From Octopus sinensis (lineage: Eukaryota): a DNA stretch of 64,000 nt. The translations under genes were made by a program, and so were the position numbers. The stretch is from assembly GCF_006345805.1 (NCBI RefSeq), contig NC_043002.1:7440001-7504000 (forward strand), given 5' to 3'. The notes below the pieces were generated by a model that was not told the DNA's origin, ran no database searches, and worked only from the letters and a program-made list of their open reading frames with translations. Shown one piece after another: positions 39,646-51,589 of this stretch (positions are counted from its first letter, which is position 1; the number at the start of each line of letters is the position of its first letter).

Positions 39646-39876
39646 GCGGCGAGCTGGCAGAATTGTTAGCGCGCCGGGCGAAATGCTCAGCAGTATTTCG
39701 TCTGCCGTTACGTTCTGGGCTGAAATTCCGCCGAGGTCGACTTTGCCTTTCATCCTTTCGGGGTCGATAAATTAAGTACCAGTTACGCACTGGGGTCATT
39801 GTAATCGACTTAATCCGTTTGTCTGTCCTTGTTTGTCCTTTCTGTGTTTAGCCCCTCGTAGGTAGTAAAGAAATAT
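39646..39876 (+). mobile_element. SINE family A, full length
   Basis: TSD tatattRattaaagtaaaaag on both flanks. Confidence 0.9.
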
Positions 39877-39929
39877 ATATTAATTAAAGTAAAAAGAAAA
39901 AAATACACACGCATACACACACACACATA

Positions 39930-39979
<50 letters not shown>

Positions 39980-40146
39980 AACACCCACATGTACACACAC
40001 TCACATATGTTTCGGCTTTCAAACAGAAGAAAAATGCACTTAAGGCACAATTGCAGAGTTTAGAAGAATTAACTTGATAATTCCCTGCATTGATATTTGA
40101 ATTATCACAAACGTAATACACGTAAGATCGATCGGTTAGAATTTGG

Positions 40147-40530
40147 TCAATGACCGAAGTTTTATGCCCACAACGAACTGGCTACGATGAATATCATTGA
40201 TTGAAGCGAATCACGTGATCGAATATGTGGTGTTGCTTGTCAGTGCAAACGTTTGGTCATCACCAATGGCTAATTACTTCGCCATGCTTATTGCATCTGC
40301 TGGGCATGGGTTTTAATCATATAGAGCTGATCAATAGGAACTGTCGCCATAACAGTAATAGTAGTTCAATTCTCCGCTCAGTTGATATCGCTGGCTGTTT
40401 TAACAACTGTAACTTTTTCGTTAAGCACAGCCTGAAAAACTGGTATTGAGTGTAGTATGGCGTAGCTTTTTAAAATGTTCCATACTACTGGATTAGGTTT
40501 TGATTCATAGTCCCTGAACTTCCAGATGAA
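40147..40530 (-). pseudogene. Decayed PLE 3' end: GIY-YIG endonuclease C-terminal remnant followed by a decayed HHR
   Basis: 40341-40530 with one frameshift reads FIWKFRDYESKPNPVVWNILK/KATPYYTQYQFFRLCLTKKLQLLKQPAISTERRIELLLLLWRQ, resembling IWxLK...WxIL..AxPY....CxLCLxEK...LNxRxEL..CRH. 40147-40204 reads tcaat-CAATGA...gcat-AAAAC-ttcg-GTC-attga. Confidence 0.65.
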
Positions 40531-41752
40531 TTGGGACTAGAATGTATTTTACTGAATTTCTCTCATTTTCTACATGGATGCGTATAGATACACGAAATAA
40601 CAGGTATTTAAAGGGAAAAAATTGACAAGTCAGTCAGTCACCGGCTGACACTCGCTGACGCTACATCGAAGAGGCCAGGGAACAGAAGAAAGAAGAAAGA
40701 AGACATGCACCCAACACCAGAGCTGAAGACACCTCCGAAAAGGTGGGGCGCATCAAAACGGTAGAGGAGTAGGGGCTGAAACTGGACGTGGTTCCTCTTG
40801 ATGATGTCTTGAGCTAACTGGATCCTATAAAGGAGCTGTTGTAGTAGCAGACCACGAAACACGGTTGTAATTCCTCCTACAGCAAATGTTCCACACCCGC
40901 TTTATATTTTTAAATATTGGTAATTCTGATTAGAAATTTCATTTTTTGATGATCTGCCGATTAACCAACATGTCACTACACCCTTGTTTATTTGGCAATC
41001 TATATGAGTTGAGTTGCGTAACGTATTACACAAATGTAGTAATGTGGTGTATAGCGCGTACCAGACTGTGCCATGTTTACATCTTAATAAAAACTCAATG
41101 TAACAACTGTAGCAGTACCTGGCGACCCATTCGTTTGTTTTCGTAATATTTTCACGCCACGCTTAAGACTCCATTCATCTTTGGATACTTTTGGTGACTA
41201 CTCGAAATGCGGATTACTAAACAACGATGAACTTTCTTTTATCGATGCATTCAGTGCAATGATAAAAGATTACTTAATTGTCTGATTTACTTCAATCTGT
41301 CACGTCAACAATTGTGGCATGCTTCACTTTGATATGCTTCCATCCTTTATGGATCGCTTTTATTCAAATGTGTGTGTGTGTATGAATGATGTGGGTGTTA
41401 CTCGAGCGGGCACACACACACACACACAAACGCGAGAAAGAGTGTGAGAAAGGGTTGAAGCGTAGAGAGAACAAGCCGAGTATGGATCACATATTCAGTT
41501 GTTGAGGAGATTGCCATCTGTTTAACGGCTCTACTCTCTCATATAAATTTACGTTTAAGGTTCATTTGATAAATTTATAAAGTGTTAGACGAATTTGTAA
41601 TCGATCACGAGCCCGCATCTCTCCCCAGTCACTCGGGCTGTCAAGGATACACCATTGTACTTTTGTCATGCCCACATTCACGAGGCCCGCTATCAGATAG
41701 ACAGGCAAAAAGATAGACAGACAGACAGACAAACAGATAGATAGATAGAAGA

Positions 41753-41825
<73 letters not shown>

Positions 41826-42029
41826 TAGATAGATGATAGATAGATAGATAGACAGACATTTATATATATATATATATATAGATATATATATAATATATAT
41901 ATATGTAGGTCCTGATCGGGGGTTAACCACAGTAAATAAGGTACCAATACATAGCAGAGTAAAATTTATTATATAAATCCTGAAGATTTCTCTTGAATGA
42001 AACAGTTCTAGTCCTGTAGAAGCTCCTAG

Positions 42030-42060
<31 letters not shown>

Positions 42061-42109
42061 GATATTATATATATATATATATATATATATACAGACATTT
42101 ATATATATA

Positions 42110-42509
42110 CTAGCAGATATACTCGGCCTTGCTCGGGATTAAAATGGCATAGTTTTTTTTATTGGTTTACTTGTTTCAGTCATGCACAGCCGCCATGCTG
42201 GAGCACCGCCGTTGGTCGAACAAATCGACCACAGGATTTATTCATTGTAAGCCTAGTACTTATTCTATCAGTGTCTTTTGACGAACCGCTAAGTTGTTGG
42301 AATGCAAACACAGTAACATCGCTTGTCACATTAGGTAAGAAGCTGAAAATTCTTTTGGTCCATGACCCTGCATGGACCCTAAGTAAGGCACGTGTACAAT
42401 TTGAATGAAATCGGTTGGTTAGTTCTGGAATTTTAGTGATGCACAAACAGACAGACACACAGACACGATACAGACATACATTCTCAGTATTATATATAAT
42501 ATATATATA

Positions 42510-42560
<51 letters not shown>

Positions 42561-42954
42561 CATTTATATATATACTAGCAGATATACTCGGCCTTGCTCG
42601 GGATTAAAATGGCATAGTTTTTTTTATTGGTTTACTTGTTTCAGTCATGCAACAGCCGCCATGCTGGAGCACCGCCGTTGGTCGAACAAATCGACCACAG
42701 GATTTATTCATTGTAAGCCTAGTACTTATTCTATCAGTGTCTTTTGACGAACCGCTAAGTTGTTGGAATGCAAACACAGTAACATCGCTTGTCACATTAG
42801 GTAAGAAGCTGAAAATTCTTTTGGTCCATGACCCTGCATGGACCCTAAGTAAGGCACGTGTACAATTTGAATGAAATCGGTTGGTTAGTTCTGGAATTTT
42901 AGTGATGCACAAACAGACAGACACACAGACACGCATACAGACATACATTCTCAG

Positions 42955-42957
<3 letters not shown>
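42110..42957 (+). mobile_element. Tandem pair of Helitron/Helentron-like elements carrying a SINE B fragment
   Basis: Units 42110-42490 and 42575-42957 (period ~465). Each starts CTAGCAGATATACTCGGCCTTGCTCGGG, contains a reversed SINE B 3' segment, and ends aaatcggttg...(CAGA)n. Confidence 0.65.
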
Positions 42958-43008
<51 letters not shown>

Positions 43009-43174
43009 CATATATGTGTATATGTATGTATATATATATATGTGTGTGTGTGTTTGTGTGTATATATGTATATATATCCATATATGTGTTTATGTTGTTC
43101 CAGCATGACCACACCCTTAGGGCTGAAATATATAAAAGAACACACACACACACACACTTATATAATTTTTATAT

Positions 43175-43362
43175 TTAATTTGTTTCAGTCATTAGTCTAC
43201 ATACATGATTGGACACAACCTTGAAGAATTTTAGTCGAAAGAATTGACCCCAGCACTTATTTTTTAAAACCTGGGCGCTTTGGTCGAACTTCTAAGTTAA
43301 GGGGACTTAAATACATCAACACTGGGTTCTCAAGGGGTGGTGGGACAACCACAGACACAAGG

Positions 43363-43427
<65 letters not shown>

Positions 43428-43590
43428 CACACACACAGAGCAGGTTTATTTGAGATTCCGTCTTCCAAATCCACTCGTTTTTTTTCGGCCCGAAACTATA
43501 GTGAAAGAAACTTGCCCAAGTTGCCCCGCTGTGAGATTGAACTCGGAACCATGTGGGCAGCAAACTTTTTACCATACAGCCACGCCTGTG
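43175..43590 (-). mobile_element. Diverged SINE family B copy
   Basis: ttgtttcagtc tail, aaatccactc, acttgcccaag and cagccacgcctg head. Confidence 0.75.
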
Positions 43591-43678
43591 CTGATATATA
43601 TATATAATGTATATGTATATATACAAAAACGCATATATTAATTCACATGCATATATACACACACACATGCACATACAC

Positions 43679-43752
<74 letters not shown>

Positions 43753-43783
43753 ATACATACATACATACATACATACATACATA

Positions 43784-43814
<31 letters not shown>

Positions 43815-44480
43815 CATACATACATACATGCATGCATACATACATGCACACATACATCATACATACATACATACATACATACATACATACATACATACAT
43901 ACATACATACATACATACATACATGCATACATTCGAAATATCCAGAAAAGCATTTTATGCCTACGGAATGACTATGATATAACCATTTTGTTTACTTTTG
44001 ACAAGGTCAAACCACGTGTTTATTAACACATTATACTTTACATGTCAAATTACTCGAAAAGCGGTGTGCAGTGCAGTAACAATTAATTCATTAATTAACT
44101 CATTAACATTGATCGAGTATAGGACTGTCATTTCTTAATTTGTTCTTATCCTTCTGCGCCACCACAAGCGCTCTACATACTGTGCAAGAATAACGAATGC
44201 TATAAAATTCACACACATATATATATATATATATGCGTGTATATACATATATATGTTAGCATATACAGAGCGAGGAAGAGCGGAGAAGGAAGAGAGCATG
44301 AGAGAGAGAGAGCGGAGAGAAAGAACGATTAAGTTATCTGGTTTCAAACTTGAAACTGATAACGGGAAAAAATCTGGAATATGTTTATTTTTAGATTAGA
44401 CTTAGTTTGTGTAAGTTAATTTCTGCCAAGAAAAATTACATAAACCCTTTAAAGACGAGGTTCATATATTTATTCATAAA

Positions 44481-44524
<44 letters not shown>

Positions 44525-44552
44525 GGAATTGGATTAAAATGTTTGAATTAAT

Positions 44553-44776
44553 TTATTTTTATTGCCCACAAGGGACTAAACATAGAGGGGTCAAACAAGG
44601 ACAGACAAACGGATTAAGTCGATTACATTGACCCCAGTGCATAACTGGTACTTAATTTATCGACCCCGAAAGGATGAAAAGCAAAGTCGACCTCGGCGGA
44701 ATTTGAACTCAGAACGTAGCGGCAGACGAAATACCGCTAATCATTTCACCCGGTACGCTAACGTTTCTGCCAGCTC
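44553..44776 (-). mobile_element. SINE family A
   Basis: Matches the family A consensus. Confidence 0.88.
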
Positions 44777-45077
44777 AGACACAATGCCTGATGATTTGGA
44801 GTAGGATTAAACGATATCGATTTCCTGTGCTTGAGTGGTATTTCATTTCATCGCCATCTGAACGTAACCGGAGCAAGTAGTGCAAAGCACAGACCGATGT
44901 TTTAATGGTTCTGCCAATTCAATGAGCACTGTCATATTCAGGGCAGTATTTTTTGTTTGTAATGATGTAATTTTAGGGAAAAACAAGGGAGGGGGAAACA
45001 ACAGCGTTGCACACAGCTGCTCTTTTTTTTCTTTACGCCTGTGAGACGAAGCCCTATTCCAAATGACTTGCAATATA

Positions 45078-45308
45078 TATTGCTTTACTGCCCACAAGGG
45101 GCTAGACATAGAGGGAACAAACAAGGACAGACAAAGGGATTGAGTCGATTACATCGACCCCAGTGCGAAACTGGTACTTATTTAATCGACCCCGAAAGGA
45201 TCAAAGGCAAAGTCGACGTCTGCGGAATTTGAACTCAGAACGTAACGGCAGACGAAATACGGCTACGCTTTTCGCTTGGCGCGCTAACGTTTCTGCCAGC
45301 TCGCCGCC
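45078..45308 (-). mobile_element. SINE family A
   Basis: Matches the family A consensus. Confidence 0.88.
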
Positions 45309-45983
45309 TAGTTGATTCTGCGGAATGTACTCATGGGCCAACTCGCCAACGAATTAAACATACTCATAAAGTAAGCATATGGATATCCGTCGGTTTCGAC
45401 GATCAGAAATGAGTTGTTAAAACAAGTGAACTACCTTCTCTTTGAATTAACGCTAAAGTGGCTTATTGTTCCATAGGAACATATTTTCCTTAACGTAATC
45501 CTCATGGGAAATTGGTGTGGTAGACTGTGTAACAAAGACTGGACATTTAAATAACAAGTACAATCCATCCAATGAGCTTCCGTAAAGTTTTCGTTTACTA
45601 AATTTCGCTCATCAGGTTTGGATCTGATTTACCAATGACACGTGCCAACGATGCTGGTTGTAGGGTCAAAGTAATTGCAAAGCGAACAGCTTAACAGCTC
45701 GTCCATATTACGTTTAAGTATATTCATGAACACGCAAGAAAGCATTGACGTGAGATATGATTTCGAGGAAGAAGTTTGGAAGTCCACAGATTGTTGATAA
45801 TTAATGTAATTCAATTTTATTCAACGTAATTTAATTTATAATTGTGCTACGTTTTTTCAATATGTCTACCTACCTCAATACCTATCAATTTAATTAACAT
45901 ATTTTACGATTCTATCAATCTCATTCCCTATCGATCTATACACACACACCTATATACAAGCACACACACGTACGCACGCACAT

Positions 45984-46047
<64 letters not shown>

Positions 46048-46061
46048 ATATATCTATATAT

Positions 46062-46132
<71 letters not shown>

Positions 46133-46471
46133 TAGAAAGAGCAATCTTGTCATTTTATTACCTTAATTTCTTGCGTTGGTATAAACCACACATAACTGCA
46201 CCAACTCAATTTTCATTTTAATTTTGGAGCTAATTTGGCCGATTGGTAAAGATTTATTTACAGACAGGCTGCATGAAGCTAATGACTCACAAATACGCTA
46301 CCCTTATTCTTTTTCTCTTCCATCACAACAGGTATTATCTCTGCTCCTTTGAAAGCTACCTGCTACAAAGGATATCCACCCAGACCCATCTAGGGCATAT
46401 CTATCCTTTTAGTCCACAAGCCTTTCACGTACACACAAGTATGTTTGTATACACACACACACACACACACA

Positions 46472-46531
<60 letters not shown>

Positions 46532-46699
46532 CAAACACTAACACAAACACACACACAGAACCGCGTCAAAGCGCATAGCCTAGTTGTTTGCTTGTTGTAC
46601 TCGCGATCCCATCATGGTTTCGTTTCCGGGTACTCCATTTCACGTAGTTGTGCAATGACTTCGACATCAGACATGTGGCATACCGTGCTCCTACGCATT

Positions 46700-47264
46700 A
46701 TTTTTTTTTTTTATTGTTCGACTGTGGTCGAGCCAATGGAATCTACTATGTTACGCCAGACTTCACGGTCCATCATAGCATCACGGAGGTCCTGTTGCTG
46801 GATGCCTGTATCCCTGGAGATTACGTCAGGGTAGGAGAGTGTGCGCCCTCTGGTATCACGAGCAGATGACTACCAGAGAAGAGTAGAAATTACTTCATTT
46901 TCAGCTCTACAACAATGTCCAGCAAACTGGACTCTTCTACCTTTCACAAGAGATGATACAGGTGGTAGTTTCCCATATATTTGTACTTTGGTTGGATGAC
47001 GCTTCCACGAGAGATTTTGAGCTCTCATAAGGAGGCGAGTGTATGTTCCATCCAACCGCCTCTCAAGCTTCTTTGATAACGTCCAGGTTTCTGAGCCATA
47101 TAGTAGAATTGGTTCGACTGTGGCTTTGAAAATTTTAAGTTTGAAATCTCTACTTAGATTTGATGACCAGATCTTATGCATATCATAAGGCCATACCCTT
47201 TCTAGTTAAAAAATCTTTTTCTGATGATGATATGCATGACCCAAGATATTTGTAATCAGAAACC
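46700..47264 (-). pseudogene. 5'-truncated RTE-clade LINE (ORF C-terminus)
   Basis: VSDYKYLGSCISSSEKDFLTRKGMA / MHKIWSSNLSRDFKLKIFKATVEPILLYGSETWTL...RRVQFAGHCCR...LLW*...GRTLSYPDVISRDTG...AMMDREVWR...EQ*, then an A-rich tail. Confidence 0.9.
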
Positions 47265-47629
47265 ATATGCGTAGAAACCTACGCAGACAATGCCGAAAAC
47301 TTTGGCAAGAGTAAATTAATATACAACACAACAAATCATCTCTGCAGAAGAGTCCACCAAATACATATATACATATATAATGCTATAGTCAGGTATGCAG
47401 TATGTGCAACATCAATATGATTATGTAATACATTAGGCGACCTTCAACTCATCAGGTTTACCAAATATATAAGAGACAGGTAACATACATATATCGCTAC
47501 CTATTTTCCTCACTGTGTTTCTCGGCACCCTCTTTCTCCCCTCTTTTTCCCCATCCGTATATGTAGGTGTGTGTGTATGTATGTATGTATGTATGTATGT
47601 ATGTATGTATGTATGTATGTATGTACGTA

Positions 47630-47671
<42 letters not shown>

Positions 47672-47675
<4 letters not shown>

Positions 47676-47907
47676 AAATGGGACAAGAACGCAAAACATT
47701 CAAAAAGACGATACAAAAAACACGGATGGGTCGTTCGAAGCCTCTAATCTTTAGTCAAGAACCGGATCATCCTCGCAATTTCGGCTGATTAATCTTGAGA
47801 TTGCTCCGATCTGGCCAGCCCCAAGGAAAAACTAAGCTACGAGCATTAGATTTCTTTGAAAAAGGATCGAATGTATACGAAACAAGGACAGGAAAACGGA
47901 CGATGTT
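47672..47907. mobile_element. Short repeat inserted in (TA)n/(CA)n, possible PLE pLTR fragment
   Basis: Minus strand has ggctg...cagcc-GAAA as in the 380-425 HHR but no CUGANGA core; microsatellite flanks. Confidence 0.35.
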
Positions 47908-47909
47908 AT

Positions 47910-47967
<58 letters not shown>

Positions 47968-48821
47968 TCACCTTTATAGTATATCTAGCTATTTCTCACT
48001 CACCCTATCTCTTTGTATCTTTCAATCTGTCCATATTTTCTATTCACACGTTTGACAATCGTATATGTAAAGGGTGAATATATATAATTATCCAGAAGTG
48101 ATTTTCTACACTCAGATAAACACAAACCTTGTTGAAAACACATGTTTAATAATCATGGAAGCATGAACAATAAATACATTTCGACACAGCAAAACAAGAG
48201 AACGGGTAGGATTGAGGAAATGCACTTCTGAATGCGAAGAATTAGAGAGAAGAGCAGTAAATGCTGTGAATAGTAGTTATTTAGCGTATGTATGGGTAAT
48301 TTTCTAAAACAGGATGTCTTTAACTTCGATGACAAAACGAAGAGAAATAAATAAAGAGGAGCAATAACAATAATAACAAAAAAATATAATGAAATAAATA
48401 GACAAAAAAATAAAAAGAAACAGGACAAAGGGACATGCGGGTAGGAGGGTCCAGATATAAAATGTAAAGGCGAGAAATAGAAGATGTGAATGAGGGGCCG
48501 TACAATAGGAGATGTCAAGTTTCGCCCGTCAATACACCTTCACGGAAACAACTTCTCAAGTAATAACAATCTCCTTGAATTAAGTGTTGTTGGAGCAGAG
48601 CAAGCAGTAGATTGTTGTAGCAGTAGTAGTAGTAGTAGTAGTAGTATAGCGACTATTAGCAATGGCAGTAGGGAAGCAGCAGAAGCAACAACGGTAGCAG
48701 TTGATGATGTCTTATTTGTAGTTAATGGCAGGCAGTGGAGAAACAGTAGGAACAACAGCAAAGGTTGCAGTGGATGCGGTTTGAGCAAGATGTGAGAGTA
48801 TCAACAACAGTAAAAGTATAA

Positions 48822-49074
48822 GAACTACTACTACTACCACCGCTACTACTACTACTACTACACTACTACGACTACAACTACTACTACTACTATAACTACT
48901 ACTTACTACAACTACTACTACTACAAATACTATTACTACAACTATTACTACTACTACTTACTACAACTACTACTACTACAAATACTACTACTACTACTAC
49001 TACTACTACTATTGCTGCTACTGTTGTTAGTGCTGACGCTGCTACTACTACGGTAACGTTGCAACGTAATTGTG

Positions 49075-49141
<67 letters not shown>
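48822..49141. repeat. (CTA)n followed by inverted (TAG)n microsatellite
   Basis: Direct reading; a 12-bp palindrome, acgttgcaacgt (49056-49067), lies at the switch. Confidence 0.9.
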
Positions 49142-49661
49142 CCTTGATCTATATGGTCGTATGATTTACTACAAAAAAGCTGCCAGATCTTCTTGAAATC
49201 ACATCCTATTGTTTCAAAACAGGAAGGATAACGAAAAAAAAAGATAGTTAAGAGAAGTACTGACTAACAGACAAGATGGTCATGGCTGGCTGACTGGGCC
49301 CCAGCTTTGATCATAGTTTGGTTCCTTCATGGCCGACTTGAGCAAAACAACAACAACAACAACAACCACAGCAGTAGCAACGTTTTAAGAACGATGCCAA
49401 AATTATGCGACTAATTAAAAAGTATATTAAACAATATAGCCAAAATATATGACTAACGAAATGACTAGCTAACGATATGACTAACTATATGATTTATTAT
49501 ATGACCAAGCGACGGTGAGACACACCTATTTGATCATCTAGCTATAAAACGTGCCAATGTGAGTGTTTCGATGTGGTAGCTTGAATTGCTAGAAATGACA
49601 ACCAAATATCCTCTAATCATACCTTAATCATCACAGAAAAGGACATTTTGAATATGAGCTT

Positions 49662-49712
<51 letters not shown>

Positions 49713-50045
49713 TTAGAAAAATAATTGGATGGTCATGGCTGGAAGGCTTTTTATTGTATGTTGCTTCGAACAGGGCTGATCTAAGCTTAAACAGTGGCAA
49801 CAGTAACAGCTAACAACATAACACATCCATTTGACAAATTAACAGAGAACCTTTCCATGGTTAAAAGTTCTGTAAGAAATAGTAGCCAAAACTTACTCGA
49901 ATTATAGCCTATTGTCTAAATAAAGAAAAGAAAGTGCAAATTAGACAACGTAAACTTCGACACCCATAAAAAGAAGAGATGATTACAATTAGAACGCACT
50001 TGACCATAGATCCGGTCGATCATGACTGACCTTGAATTAAATAGT
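49140..50045 (+). mobile_element. Three diverged copies of an old interspersed repeat
   Basis: Recurrent gaaat.gcagccaaat..c...aaatcaca / gatggtcatggctgg / tttgatcatag motifs; also seen near 19430-20010 and 29615-29770. Confidence 0.5.
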
Positions 50046-50512
50046 AACTCACTCTACTAAATACGATAAATTGTGAATAACCAACGACGTAGCTAACCAA
50101 GGTAATTTATTCTTTACGTCTGTTCCAGAAGAAGGTGAACTGGCTGAGTCGTTAGAGCGTTGGATAGAAAACCACACTGTATTTAGTTTGACTCTCTGCT
50201 CTTTGAGTTCAAATTCCACCGAAGACAAATTTACACTTGAAACTTTTCGGGGGAAAGATATCAACAAATTCAGGATGTTGGATGGGCGGAACTTTTAGCG
50301 TAACAGGAAAATGTCTCGCGATATATGTTCCTCACTCTTTGCGTTCTGGTAGCAACGCCTGCAATGACACTGGTGTCAGATTGTATCGGCCCAAATTTGT
50401 GATTTTTCCCAAGGATAAGCATCGTGTCGAGGAGCAACAGCTAGCCTTCCTCGATATAAACTTGGTAAAACCTGTACAAACATGTGCAGATGAATAGACA
50501 ACCTTATTCGAG

Positions 50513-50703
50513 GAGCGTTAGCCACTACACACATTTTTTCTCTCCTTGTTTCTCTCCTTGTTTTTCTGTGTCCCTTTCTGTAGAAGAGCGTAGGCTCGAA
50601 ACGTAAAAGACTTTTTCTATTCCTGAGCGTAATACTAATACATCTGTTTGTTTTGTACACCACCTGTGTTCGTCTTTTGTTTTGTTTTTCGTAAACTCTC
50701 CCT
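50513..50703 (+). mobile_element. HHR-bearing short repeat (PLE pLTR/retrozyme-like), copy 2
   Basis: Homolog of 7072-7250; both copies end at exactly GTAAACTCTCCCT next to TA-rich simple sequence. Confidence 0.7.
50570..50611 (+). ncRNA. Minimal hammerhead-like motif with variant core CUGUAGA
   Basis: gtcccttt-CTGTAGA-a-gagc-gtag-gctc-GAAAC-GTA-aaagac. Stem I cttt/aaag; stem II gagc/gctc; palindromic ACGT stem III. Confidence 0.65.
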
Positions 50704-51023
50704 ATGTATGTATATCTGTTTGTCCTTGGACAGACAGAAGGTTGCTAATGCTTTGACCAAATCTTTCTTCACTTCCAGACATAACCGAAACACCAGGACT
50801 TACGAATATATAACATACAGAAAATAGCACTGCTAAACATTGCACATATCTTATATAGAGCACTTTCGATGCAGTAAAAATTAACAACACCAAAACAAAC
50901 CACAACAAATATCCAGCGCACACAGAGCTGCTCTCGGTAGTGCAATGAAAACACGAAATAAATAAAAATAAAACTACTATATAATAATAAGAAGAAGAAA
51001 GTTTGATAAAAAAAGATAACATA

Positions 51024-51420
51024 GGCGCAGGAGTGACTGTGTGGTAGGTAGCTTGTTTACCAACCACATGTTTCCGGGTTCAGTCCCACTGCGTGGCACC
51101 TTGGGCAAGTGTCTTCTACTATAGCCTCGGGCCGACCAAAGCCTTGAGAGTGGATTTGATAGACGGAAACTGAAAGAAGCCCGTCGTATATATGTATATA
51201 TATATATGCGTGTGTGTGATTGTGTCTGTGTTTGTCCTCCTAGCATTGCTTGACAACCGATGCTGGTGTGTTTATGTCCCCGTAACCTTGCGGTTCGGCA
51301 AAACAGACCGATAGAATAAGTACTGGGCTTACTAAAGAATAAGTCCCGGGGTCGAGATGCTCGATTAAAGGCGGTGCTCCAACATGGCCGCAGTCAAATG
51401 AATGAAACAAGTAAAAGAAA
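51024..51420 (+). mobile_element. SINE family B, full length
   Basis: GGCGCAGGAGTGACTGTGTGG head, GGGTTCAGTCCC B-box, CORE-like motif and tail. Confidence 0.9.
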
Positions 51421-51552
51421 AAAGAAAAAGAAAGAATAATTGTAACGATAGCAACAATATATGCAAGTGTATAGAAACACCAATAGTAATAGTGAGTTGA
51501 TTTATCTTTCTTTACAAATAGATGGATGGATAGCTAGATAGATAGAGAGAGC

Positions 51553-51589
<37 letters not shown>

